Shown piece by piece: positions 1 to 11,810 of a stretch of DNA of 64,000 nucleotides; the first letter of the stretch is position 1, and each line of letters opens with the position of its first letter. The notes below the pieces were generated by a model. It saw only the letters and a list, made by a program, of their open reading frames with translations, did no database searches and was not told the DNA's origin. Position numbers and translations under genes: made by a program. Source of the DNA: Octopus vulgaris (taxonomy: Eukaryota). The stretch is from assembly GCA_951406725.2 (NCBI GenBank), contig OX597821.1:44392001-44456000 (forward strand), given 5' to 3'.

Positions 1-559
1 ATATAAAAGTATATTTACGTGTGTGTGTGTGTTTGTGTGTGTCTATAGAGTGGATGTGTCATTGGGGATTGTGTGTGTATGTGAGTGTAAAAAATATGTA
101 TTCTTAAATCAAACATATTCTTTCCTTGAATATGCTGTAAAAGAGAACAATTTTTCCCTTGTATATTAATAATTTTACCCTTAGGGTCTTAAAATTTATC
201 TGTAAACAACATGGAATTGAACTCAGAGACATTCATCCTTATTTTCCACTGAAATTCATTAGTAATTAGTGGCATTTATATTCAAATTATCTCAATAATG
301 AGAAATAGAGAAAAGGTGTTTTGTTTTTTTATATTTTTCCTTTACTGTTATAGATTCAACATATTACCATTTCCCTTTGGAGTACTATAAAATATAGTAT
401 TTGGTCCCATCACTTTACATTCTAAGTTCAAATCCATAGTCAGTAAAATATATAGTGATGTAATCAATTACACTGCTCCCACAAATTTGGAGGTTGAGTT
501 GATTAAGTCAAAAACACTTTCCATTTTCTTCATCAGCCAGGTCTGGTCAAGATATATAG

Positions 560-1270
560 AAAACAAAAAAATTATTCTAGATGTACTGATTCGGTGTCCA
601 GGTTTTTCTAATTTGTAGAGTATTATCAAACTGCAGCATGAAGGGCACATCTAGGTATTAGCAGAACTTATTATGAAGACAGCCTCCACTTTCCTTTCAC
701 TTGGTAGGCTGATTGTTTTCCTGTCTGGAGGCTATGATAAAAATGTTTGTGCAGTCGACAAGATTAAACAGACAGAAAACAGCCACTATTCTCTTTAACC
801 AAGTCCTCTTTGGTCTTTTTCAAGTCTCATCTGGAGAAGAAAGTGCTTCCTCCAGTAAATTTGCTGAAAGAAGCTATTGAATATAGCCCAAGGGAAGGGA
901 TCCTACAGTAAGAATGTGTCTGTAAAACAGGAGATTTTAACTAAGAGAGGCCACTTTTTCCTGGTGGTTAGACTACTCCAGTATCTGTGGAGATACCTTG
1001 TTAATCAACAACCAGAGGTTTTATTGGCATCTTATTATCTTTTTGCCATCTTATTTTTGTTATTTTCCTTTTAGAGATACATTATCATCTGTTAGGATTG
1101 ATATGCCAATTAGAAGACATTTTTTTCTTGATGATCTCTGATAGCTATATCTGATCAATTAGCTTTAATCTCTATATCTGTGTAGGTTGACATATCCAAG
1201 AGTATGGTTGCTTTGTCATTTTCTGAAACCTTTTCTATGATGTAGAAGCTCTACTGAGCATTCTATTTCA
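560..1270 (-). mobile_element. Degenerate non-LTR retrotransposon fragments with restriction-like endonuclease (RLE)
   Basis: Minus strand 1060-1210 reads approximately DMSTYTDIEIKAN*SDIAIRDHQEKKCLLIGISILTDDNVSLKE, matching the RLE 'WD..I.TD..I.ANRPDIV.....C.LID..IP.D' motif. Sequence 560-1010 is more decayed and less certain. Confidence 0.6.
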
Positions 1271-1329
1271 ATCTCATTTGGCCATTTGTCTATATCTTGA
1301 CTTACTGTTCCCAACACACCAATTATTGT

Positions 1330-2340
1330 AGGCACAACTTTTACTTTCTCATGCTCCAAATTCTTCTTATTTCAAATTTTTGAGGATTATTTTTTTTTGC
1401 TTTTCTACCTCTTTCTTTATGATCCTGAAATCAAATGGGCACGATGGGTAGATAATTAAGCAACCTCACTTTTCTTTATCTGTGATCATAATATCTGGTC
1501 TATTATTATCTAACTTTTTGTCCATTTGAAGAGGTAAGTCCTACAAAATCTTACACTTCTCCAACTCTAGCACTCTTTCAAATCAGTGAGTGTACCATGT
1601 GTTTCCAGCTTCAAATCTGGCAGTTTCCAGTGTAAAACTTGGTCTTGCCACCATTTCTTATATTCTTCTTGTGCCAACTTGGGGCATTCTTCCACAATGT
1701 GTGGTACTGTCTCGTTCCAAGTTCCACAGGCTCTACATTTTTCTGACAAATTCTCTCCATATATATTTTTTCTCAAGTTGTTTATTTTATTGCTTGATCT
1801 TGGGCTGCTTACAATTAGGCTCTCTGTTTTCGTTCCAGAAACATCTTCAGTGGCTCTCCAAAATTGGCCATGCAGAAGTTTCTCTTCAATCTGTCTGATG
1901 TGCTCTCTTTGTATTTCATTCTTGCCCTTTTCTCCTATTATGCACTTCATCACCTGTTCTTTCTTAACCACCTTTAGTAATTTTCCTGTGCTGCTCTGTT
2001 AATATTCTACCAGGTTTTTTCTTTCCATCTGTATACATTCTTCTACTGCTGTTAAGCCTCTTCCACGCTGGTCTCTCCTCAAGTACAGCCAGTTGATATC
2101 AGCTTTTGGATGGTGGGTTCCATACATCATTCCCAGTTTTTCTGTCAAGTTTCTTCATTTCACTTCTGGTCCAGTCTATAATTCCAACTCCATATCTAAT
2201 TAAGGGTACTGCTCTTGAATTTATTGCTTCAATAAGATTTCTGGAATTCATCCTTGACTGCAATAATTTTCTTATTCTCCTTATGTACTCTCTACTGGTG
2301 ATTTGTTTCGTTTCTTAATTTTTTTTTATCTCACTCTACT
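1330..2340 (-). mobile_element. R4/Dong-like LINE, 5'-truncated, frameshifted (post-RT region, CCHC knuckle, RLE)
   Basis: Minus frames give NSRNLIEAINSRAVPLIRYGVGIIDW, ADINWLYLRRDQRGRGL, LHGQF, KCRACGTWNETVPHIVEECPKLAQEEYK (CCHC) and KLDNNRPDIMITDKEK*GCLIIYPSCPFD (RLE). Confidence 0.85.
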
Positions 2341-2400
2341 GGAATATTATTATTATTATTATTCTTATTCTTATTCTTATTCTTATCATTATTATTATTA

Positions 2401-2712
2401 CTAGCGGCCCCATGCCATCAAAAACGACAGCTAATTGTAGTATTTTATGTATAAATATGATGGTAAATCAAATTAATATGCTTGTCAATGTTATATAGTG
2501 GTTGGTTTTGGAGATGTGACATCAATCATCATTTCATAATGAAAGAACGCTGGTTCACACATACATTCACATGCTTCCCTTGTACATGCACACACATACA
2601 CACATATACTCACACAGAGTTGAAACACTCCCACTACCAATTTGCCATCACCCCTTCCTTTCTCATTCATATGTTGTGACAGAGAAAAATGCAAGAGTAT
2701 TATTACAGTAGA
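2401..2712 (-). mobile_element. Non-autonomous Helitron (312 bp) inserted in a (TAA)n tract
   Basis: Minus strand begins A|TCTACTGTAATAATA (2712) and ends CTAG|T (2401). A subterminal hairpin GCCATCA-AAAA-CGACAGC (2414-2431) is a perfect GCCGTCG/CGACGGC stem after allowing CpG decay. No TSD; A^T target. Confidence 0.7.
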
Positions 2713-2733
2713 TTATTATTATTATTTTTATTA

Positions 2734-2794
<61 letters not shown>

Positions 2795-2820
2795 CATTAT
2801 TATTATTACTGTTATTATTA
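2713..2820. repeat. (TAT/TAA)n microsatellite, continuous with 2345-2400 before Helitron insertion
   Basis: Direct reading. Confidence 0.95.
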
Positions 2821-2924
2821 TTCCATACTTATATTTTTATTACATGCTTTCACTTCACTACTAAGCACACCACTGTGTGCCTTGGTATATACAATGTTTT
2901 GATTTGGTTTTGTATTGTCTATCG

Positions 2925-3330
2925 CATTCACTCTACCCTACATAAAAATATGTATACCACTAACTGTTATTACCTGAATGTTATGCATATTCTAAGTTCT
3001 AAGGTTTTAGTTAAATATTTGTCATAATATAATTTTTTTATCATTCCCAAAATTCCCATTATAATAGGGATTGTTCTATTTTCTGTCCCTACATTCACAT
3101 TATCTCTATTTTCAGACCTTTATACTTGGATAATTTCTCCATTTCTTTTAGAGCTATATCATCATCTACTGGTGCTGATATATCAATTAGAATAGCAGTG
3201 GGTATTTCCTTTCCTAGTGATCCACGACTACAATATCTGGTTAGTTATCCTAGATGTTCATCACTGCGAGTCAGCATATCCCCAGGGATGTGCGAATTCA
3301 GTCTATGGCATATGTTTATGCCATCAGTAT
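2925..3330 (-). mobile_element. R4/Dong-like LINE 3' fragment (RLE domain to C-terminus)
   Basis: Minus strand reads PDIVVVDH...LIDISAPVDDDIALKEMEKLSKYKGLKIEI...TIPIIMGILGMIKK, the typical RLE C-terminus. Confidence 0.8.
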
Positions 3331-3802
3331 TTCATGTTGCTGATGTGATTTTTAACACAAGTATTGATCACCTTCCTAAGATCAATATCAATCATTAGGG
3401 TCAATTTGATTGATTATGCTCCCACACAAACTTTTACTGATTTTCTGCCTATGTTAGATGCCATCGGCATCACCCTCACTATTACCACCACAGAATCATC
3501 ATCACTATCAGCAGCAGTAGCAGCAGAACCATTATCACCACCAGAACTACCAACACAACTATCTCCCTCAACATCGTTATTACTACCATCACCACAATTA
3601 GCATCATAATTATCAGCATCACCATTATCACCATCATCATCATCTTCACCATCCCTGCTTCTTTCTCTTCTTCAACAGCATCATCATTGTTGGTGTTGTG
3701 GCCATTATTAAATGAATATATTATAAATAACTATTATTATAATTGTTGTTGTTGTAGTAATTATTGTTATTATTATTATCATTATTCTTTTTTTTTCCCC
3801 AG

Positions 3803-4155
3803 GTTTGGAAGAGATCCTGCTGATTACAGCATGTGTTGTGGCTCCTCTAATTTTCGTCTTACTGCTAACTCTCATCATTGTCTATTGCTACCGTAGACAA
3901 CATTTTCAAAAGTCATCTTCACAAAACCAACAGCTCACTTCTCATCTCCCACCCCTTGACCAGAGCCCACTCTCTCGCCGACACTGTGTCATGCAGACCT
4001 CTTTCATTGACGGCAGCCAAGGAGAAGATGACGATGGAATAGGCTCTTCCACCGAAGAATACTGCAACAACCCAAACAGCAAAAACAAAGCGGCCTACCA
4101 GCTTATGAAACAAGCCACAATCAATGATGGCCGGGTTGTTGTGGCTGATATATGA
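3803..4155 (+). CDS. Terminal coding exon of a single-pass type I membrane protein (TM helix plus about 88-aa cytoplasmic tail); upstream exons lie outside the window
   Basis: Polypyrimidine tract plus acceptor (tcttttttttttccccAG, AG at 3801-3802), phase 1. Translates (G)LEEILLITACVVAPLIFVLLLTLIIVYCYRRQH...QATINDGRVVVADI* with a hydrophobic helix, basic stop-transfer RR, non-repetitive higher-GC sequence and TGA at 4153-4155. Family not recognised. Confidence 0.85.
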
Positions 4156-4164
4156 AGTCAGATA

Positions 4165-4193
4165 ACAACACCAAATAACAACAACAACAAAAC

Positions 4194-4253
<60 letters not shown>

Positions 4254-4400
4254 TAATAATTGTAACAATAATCATAATATTAATAATATTAATAATAATT
4301 GTAATAATGATTGTATAAAAAAAATAATAGCATCAACGTCAATATCATCATCATCATCATCATCATTATTATTATTACCATTGATATCATTATCACTTTA
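4165..4400. repeat. (CAA)n/(TAA)n/(CAT)n microsatellites right after the stop codon
   Basis: Direct reading. Confidence 0.95.
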
Positions 4401-4711
4401 CAACAATGAACCACAAAAACAACAGATGTAGTTTGTTAAAACAACGATAATGACAACGACAACAATTTACACATGTATGTAGCTATGTGTGTGTGTGTGT
4501 GCTCAAACATATATATATATTTATATATTATATATGTATGCACGTATGGATGTATGTATATCTATATATATACACACACATATATACATACACATTTATA
4601 TAAAATTGTATAAATGTGCATGTAAACATACATATATTAATATACACACACACATATATATATATATTATGATATGCATATGTGTTTCTATGCATGATGT
4701 TGCACACATAT

Positions 4712-4772
<61 letters not shown>

Positions 4773-5606
4773 TATTTATGGAAACATATATATACATACA
4801 CACTAATATACATAATATACATATGCACATGTATTCATGTATAATATATATATATACTCACACACATATATATGCACAAATATACATATGCACATATATA
4901 ATATATAATATATTCCTACACTCATACATATGCATACACCAAGCAAATCAGATCGGCTTCTAAACATACAACAAAACCATTACCAAACGCAAAAATAATT
5001 CCAATATCATAAGAAATGAACAATAAATTCTACAATTTTGCTAAATATATTTAATCATAATCCATTTATATTAATTAAAGTTAATAAATGATTACATGAT
5101 ATTCATGAAATAACTCATGTTGTACATTTAGGGAATGATATGGTGGTGAAGTATGCAATGAAGTTAGAAATGTGATTAAATAAAAGAAGTCTTCAGGTGA
5201 AAGGAAATGGTTTCTGTTTTTCTGAAACATGTAGTTTTGTTTTAGTATTTAGGTTTATAAAAGGAATTTTGTTGATCTAAATATCTATCACATAGAGTGT
5301 CATTAAACTGGGGTGGGAAAGGAAGCTAATGAAATTGTTTTACATACGTGTCTATGTGTGTGTGGGTATTTATACATAGGCCAGCATACACACACACACA
5401 CACACACACACACAAATTACACAAACGTATATAAACAGGAGATACAAATATTACAGGCATTTTCCCATACACACACACACACTAACTAAACATAGACACA
5501 CATAGAGATATACGCATTTGCAAATGAAGACACATACAATAGATATACAAAATAGCTGACAGTTAGTAAGGAGAGACACACAAATAAGAAAGAAGAAAGC
5601 AAAGGA

Positions 5607-5646
5607 CCACTGATGAAATCACAGGAGTGTGACGAAAGAACTCTGG
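5607..5646 (+). ncRNA. Minimal type I hammerhead ribozyme motif
   Basis: CCA-CTGATGA-A-aTCACA(GGAG)TGTGAc-GAAA-GAAC-TC-TGG: intact core boxes, 5-bp stem II with tetraloop, minimal stem III, CUC cleavage triplet, 3-bp stem I (CCA/TGG). The stem II closing pair is A-C instead of G-C. Confidence 0.65.
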
Positions 5647-5766
5647 CTGAAATAAGATTAAGATTAATGTAAAAAATAAATAACGCTGAAGCAAAGTAAC
5701 ACCAAATATATAGTGCGTGTGTTTTTATTGGCTAAACTGGCAAAATGACCATTCCTAAATACAACA

Positions 5767-5798
<32 letters not shown>

Positions 5799-6239
5799 AT
5801 ATGTGTGTGCGTATATGTGTGTGTGCATATTCATACATATTTAGTTATAGGCAGACAACCATGATGACTAACTACTTGTGTGGTAGCAAAAGGAGATAAT
5901 CTCATTATCACAGGATGAATACATTTAATATATCATAGAAACACAGATGATTTACATACAGCATTCAGAGTTTCCTGACCAGCCACAGATGTGAAGTTGT
6001 CTGATTACTGATCAGTGGTCAGTACCTGTGGCAACACTTTTCAGCTGTTGCATGAAGACACCACAGGGAAAGACCAAGTATTCTCAGTAGTGGATTAAAC
6101 ACAACAGCTGATGTGTGGAGAACAGGCATTGATTACCAATCTTTCTTTGGATCACTTTGTCCCCATAGTTTGCCAAGAAATTCAGTGCATTTTATGTGAA
6201 TCTTTCTCATAAGTGTAATACATTACATATCTTCATAAA

Positions 6240-6266
6240 TATATATTAAATATATATATATATATG

Positions 6267-6305
<39 letters not shown>

Positions 6306-6665
6306 TGTGTATATACATACATATACACATACATACATACATACATACATACATACATACATACATACATACATACATACATACATACATACATACATAC
6401 ATGCATACATACATACATAATACATACATACATACATACATACATGCATGCATACATACATACATACATGCATGCATGGATGCATGCATACATACATACT
6501 TACATACATAATACATACATACATACATACATGCATGCATACATACATACATACATACATGCATGCATACATACATACATACATACATACATACATACAT
6601 ACATACATACATACACACATATATATATATATATATTCATATATATATTGTATATATATATATTA
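6240..6665. repeat. Compound (TA)n/(TG)n/(TACA)n microsatellite
   Basis: Direct reading; source of the MYVC/HTYI artefact ORFs. Confidence 0.95.
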
Positions 6666-6950
6666 TGAGTGACATGAGAAATAAGGAAACCTTCTAACAA
6701 TGCATAAATTTTCTAAAAACTTTTATATTTTCTACTTCTGTACTACAATACTCTTCTGTTATGTAATGTGCATGTGCAAGTGTGTACATTCATAAGTTAA
6801 TTAACATAAATATGTAAAAACCAGACATATTGTATATTTGAGTCTGAAAGTTTGCTTGAAAACACAAACTTGCCAGTTTACTGTGTTATCACAGCATAAA
6901 ATTAGTAGTAGCTTGAATTTAAATACTGTGTATATTAAATGGTATTCAGC

Positions 6951-6981
<31 letters not shown>

Positions 6982-7028
6982 AAATCTCTCTCTCTCTCTC
7001 TGTCTATATATACGTACATGTGTGTGTG

Positions 7029-7290
7029 TGGTGGTGCATGGCATAGTGGTTAGGATATGGCACCCATGATCATAAGATTGTGATTTCAATTCCTGGACTG
7101 GATGATACATTGTGTTCTTGAGCAAAACACTTCATTTCCCATCACTCCAGTTCACTCACCAGGTAAAAATGTGTGATCTTGTGCTGGACCTGTGTCCTAT
7201 CAAGTAGAGGAAATATATATACTACAGAATCTGGGAAATGGGCCTTATGAGCCTATGGCTCACAGAGGATCTTTGACCCTTTTCTTTCTT
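7029..7290 (+). mobile_element. tRNA-derived SINE (degenerate)
   Basis: A-box-like TGGCATAGTGG, B-box-like TTCAATTCC, then GTGTTCTTGAGCAAAACACTT central motif and a T-rich tail. Confidence 0.6.
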
Positions 7291-7294
7291 TTTG

Positions 7295-7327
<33 letters not shown>

Positions 7328-7330
<3 letters not shown>

Positions 7331-8208
7331 TTAGGTGAAAAGTAAGTACGCATTTAAAATTGGTAATAAAATCCATATTCCTTTTACAAATTTATTGAAA
7401 TAAATGATACATGTTCTTTATTACATGGATAAGTGAAAGTAAATCTTCATATTTCAATGTGAGCACCAGTGGCATCAACCAGTTTCCTCAAATGGCCAGG
7501 GATGGAATGAACAACCTTCTGAAGGATGTTGTCTGGGATATAATTGAAAACCTCCTGAATCCGTGTCTCCAAGTCCCCCAGTGTTTGAGATTTTGTTTTG
7601 TACACCTCCTGTTTTGTGTAACCCCACAGCTAAAAATCACATGGAGTGAGATCTGAACTGCTTGAAGTTCTGGACTTCTGTGGTCACAGTCTTCAGGCTG
7701 TAACTCCTGCATATAATGGGGTTTCCACAGACGAAAATTCAATTCTTTATGCAACACCATACATATTATGTGTCTTGTTAGACCACTTTCATGAACTGCT
7801 TGATGTGTTGATTTTTGTGGGCTCAATTAAATATTTCCTGCACTGCTGTCACATTCTCTGCTGATTGAGATGTGGTTGGACAGCCACTTCTTGCATCGTT
7901 AACAAAACCCATGGTCATCAGCTTTGCCTGACAACATTTTATTGTCTCCAGACATAGTGTTGCATGCTTACTTTTCCATGCACCCCACCATCTCTGAACC
8001 AAAACAATGGAATTTCAAACTTTATAGCATGCTACTATCTTAGCTCACCCCTGAACAGTCAAGCGACTGGCCATCTGGAAAATAAGAAATAAGACAATAA
8101 GAAATCCCCATTAGTGTTATCTGTTTAAAAAAAGTTTTCGTCATGACTTCACTGATACTAAAAATTCTATAAGCAATTTCTAATGCCTAGTTACTTTCCA
8201 CCCACCCT

Positions 8209-8209
<1 letters not shown>
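7328..8209 (-). mobile_element. Internally deleted Tc1/mariner-superfamily transposon (maT-like)
   Basis: Imperfect TIRs (CAGTTAGGTGAAAAGTAAGTACGCATT / rc CAGGGTGGGTGGAAAGTAACTAGGCATT), TA on the right flank. Minus frames encode the HTH region SPQKSTHQAVHESGLTRHIICMVLHKELNF..KPHYMQEL and the C-terminal SSDLTPCDF*LWGYTKQEVY motif; the catalytic middle is missing. Confidence 0.85.
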
Positions 8210-8243
<34 letters not shown>

Positions 8244-8244
8244 T

Positions 8245-8293
<49 letters not shown>

Positions 8294-9101
8294 TACATAC
8301 ATACATACATACATACATACATACATACATACATACATACATACATACATACATACATACATACATACATACCTATGTGTGTGTCTGTATGTGTGTGTAT
8401 GAAAAAGAAACCAGAGAATGGGGAGAGAGAGTTAGCTACATTCATGCATACAAGTATACATAAATTCATTTTTAGTAGGTACACTTATATACATATAAGC
8501 TAGAATTTGATATGCATATGTTGAATACAGAGACATTACAAACACACACACACGCATATGTATATGTAAAACCTATTTAATACTATAGTGATGTGTAGAG
8601 ACAGTGATATATTTTCTAAATAACATAGTAATATATTCATTGAAAACCAGTTTTATTATGATAATACCAAAGTTTATCAAACCTCGTCTCTACAGAACAA
8701 ATAGAACTTGAAAGACTTCAAATGTTTTTAACCATTTTTTTATAACCTCTCTCAGGAAATAATTTCTTTTAGTTGTTATGGGGATGTAGATCTGACAACT
8801 TTAAACTAACTTTGAACATTTGAATAAATACAGCGTGTTGCTAAGCTGACTCTAGAGAAGTTTGTTGGTAACCAGGAAATTGTACTGTTGGCTCTGTTTG
8901 AAAGTCCATAGCATAAACAATACAGGGATACTTGTAAATTGTGTCTTTTGATTTTAGCATATTAATCTCATGTTAACTTGTAAATTGTTGGCAAATTCTA
9001 TAGAAATTCATGTTGTCAATGATATAAGGTGAAAATGTGAGTTGATATGACTAAATTCATTATATTACTGCATTTGATGATTTCTCTTGAATTGAATTTC
9101 A

Positions 9102-9371
9102 AATATTAGCTGACTCTAATTTACCTGTTATCAAATGTTCTTGTAATATACCTGGACTGATGGTAAATCAATATTAGCCAGGTCTAATTTACTTGTCATC
9201 AAATATTCCAGTAACATACCTGGATTGATAGTAATCAATATTAGCCAGGTCTAATTTAACTGTTGTCAAATGTTTTAATTACATGTGTGGATTAATAATA
9301 ATCGATATTAGCTGGGCCTAATCTACCTGTCACCAAATCTTCCAGAAGTAAACCTGGATTTATGGAAATTC
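9102..9371. repeat. Minisatellite, 67-68 bp unit x4
   Basis: Units start at 9102, 9170, 9237, 9304 (AATATTAGCCAGGTCTAATTTACCTGTCATCAAATGTT...CCTGGATTGAT). Confidence 0.85.
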
Positions 9372-9780
9372 ATGTTTCTCATCTATAAAGTTTGACCTTT
9401 AACCTTTGGCTTAAATAATAAATCAATAGTATTGAATGAAATAAATTTCTTCTTTTATACTTTTGAAAGGTTTTAGATCTTGTTGAATTAATTCCTGTAA
9501 AATAGGAAAATGACTTTCTGAAAGAATAATAATAGGTGACCATATTTTTGTGTCTTGAAAAATATCTTTAATAATTGACATGTATGTGAATTAGTTAAAG
9601 ATAATAGTAGCAGTAAACTAGGGGTTTGTTTTTTTTTCTTTTTTTTTTTTGATAAATATAAGTTTCGGGAATGGCAGGTAGCCTTTTTTCTGATTTTTTT
9701 AGCTTATTCCTTCTCTGAAAATTCTTCTTGATTAAGAATTGCAGCTCTCTTCATTATAAAATATATTTCACATCTTGTAT

Positions 9781-9815
<35 letters not shown>

Positions 9816-10363
9816 ATCCCAGGTGCAGTGACCATTTTCAAGAAGTGAAATCAATAAGCTATTTATTACTCATGATAAATATGGCCAAACAACCAAATAA
9901 TTCAACAAACCTGTAGTCCAGAGAACCCCTGATGTTAATTAAATCAAACATAAAAATATATATTAGTGTCAAGACCTAAAGATTATTTTACAAAAATTTT
10001 AGTTAAAACTTTATGTTTATATACTCATGACATTACCATGTGCCATACAAAAAGTCATAAAAGGCTGCATGCAGTCCAAGAGATGCATGTTATCCATGCC
10101 TGTTCTAACATATACACATCCTTTATTTATCAATACTAACTAATGTTATGAAAATACAGCTGGTACTATAATACTTCTGCTTTCATTTTTTCCTATTATT
10201 ATCTACATTCAACATTCTCCAGTGTTTTCATCGTTTTTCAGAATTGGAAGTTTATATTTTTGTAGGTAATTATATCATCACTTTTTATTTGAATCATCTC
10301 TATATACATATATATTGATGCTATTAAATAAAACATACACACACAGCTCTACATCCACCATTA

Positions 10364-10515
<152 letters not shown>

Positions 10516-11615
10516 ATTCTCTCTCTGGTATTTCTGCATTCTTAAGTATTGGAAAAAAAAAGAAAAGAAAAAAAAAACTAATAAACTACTTGTTTCTGGA
10601 CACTATAAAAGACAATTTCTTCATTAAGTTTGGAGAATAATTATGAGATATTTCTTGTGATGGTCTGATTTGCTAATGAGAGGAATAATACAAGTCATGG
10701 TTCGTATTTCAAAGTCATTGCCGGCTTTAAGCATACATCAACTGAGTCATCACAGACTCCAAACCAAAGTGACTTTGCTAAAGAAATTTGGAATGATTTC
10801 AGATGATCACACTATCATTAGAGTTCCCCATTCATTTCCTGTTATCTTACTCTCACCTCTCCTCCCTCTCCCACTGGGATCACATGACCATATATCTAAA
10901 TTATTATATACATTTTTTTTTCTGTTGTTTCTCTTTTAAAACAAGCATTTTTTTATTTTGTCAAGTGTTCATCATCAAGTGTTTTCTTGGAAAAAAATAG
11001 TTCATTGTTTTTTTTGTTTATTTGTTGTTTATTTCATTTTTTTTTTTTACAAAGTAATAAATTCATTCTAAAAGCATGTATTGACAAAGAAATGTTTTTA
11101 GAGAAGAAACTGTCGCATTATAAGAAAAATATTGAAGAATAAAGAGACTTTATTCATCGCCAAAATCATTATGTATTGCAGGCAAATTCTTCAACATTTT
11201 AATATGATAAAAAAAAGCAAAAAAAAAAAGCCATAGGATTCATATCCATTTTTTTTTCTTTTTATGATTGTTTTTCATAAAAAGTGCAAGATCAAAACTT
11301 TATGGTGAAAATTGTTCAATTTTGAAACTATCTGACAGTTTTGAAGCAACCTCTATTGGACATGAAATGTGATTAGAATCTGTGGTAGTCTTTTCTTCAA
11401 CCCCTCTGTTGCTAACTATGGGACTCAACCCCAACATTTTCACTTCAAATCAGCAACCTTAACCCCTTCTCCCACAATTCTACTGCTGTACCATGAAAAG
11501 GATCAGATAAAAATAAAGATTTTCTTCATTTTGTTTTGGGTCCAATTATTCTTTGATAGACATTTTTGTGAATGAAAGCTAAAATGTGATTGGTAAGTAT
11601 ATTTTAACATTGTCA

Positions 11616-11810
11616 TGTGACTAGTTGAATTTAACAGAAAATATGGTGACTTGTTAAACTTAACAGATAATATAGTGGGTCACTGAATTCAACAGACCAT
11701 GAGGTGACTCCATGGTGATTAATTAAATTCAAAAGACAATATGGTGACTTGTTAACCTCAACAGGCACCATGGGGACTTGTTAATTTAACAGACAATATG
11801 GGGGTTTGTT
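11616..11810. repeat. Degenerate minisatellite, about 29 bp unit x6-7
   Basis: Consensus approximately ATGGTGACTTGTTAAATTCAACAGACAAT. Confidence 0.75.

Noticed and set aside
505-540. Minus-strand CTGATGA...GAAA
   Set aside because: No stem II or stem I pairing; chance match.
3126-3398. Plus-strand 90-aa ORF with a TTTTCAG acceptor at 3115, a candidate upstream exon of the membrane protein
   Set aside because: It is the antisense of an R4-like LINE RLE domain (KEMEKLSKYK on minus) and has no compatible donor.
4489-8503. Numerous ORFs of the YIYI/MYVC/HTHT type here and throughout the window
   Set aside because: Translations of di- and tetranucleotide microsatellites that lack stop codons.
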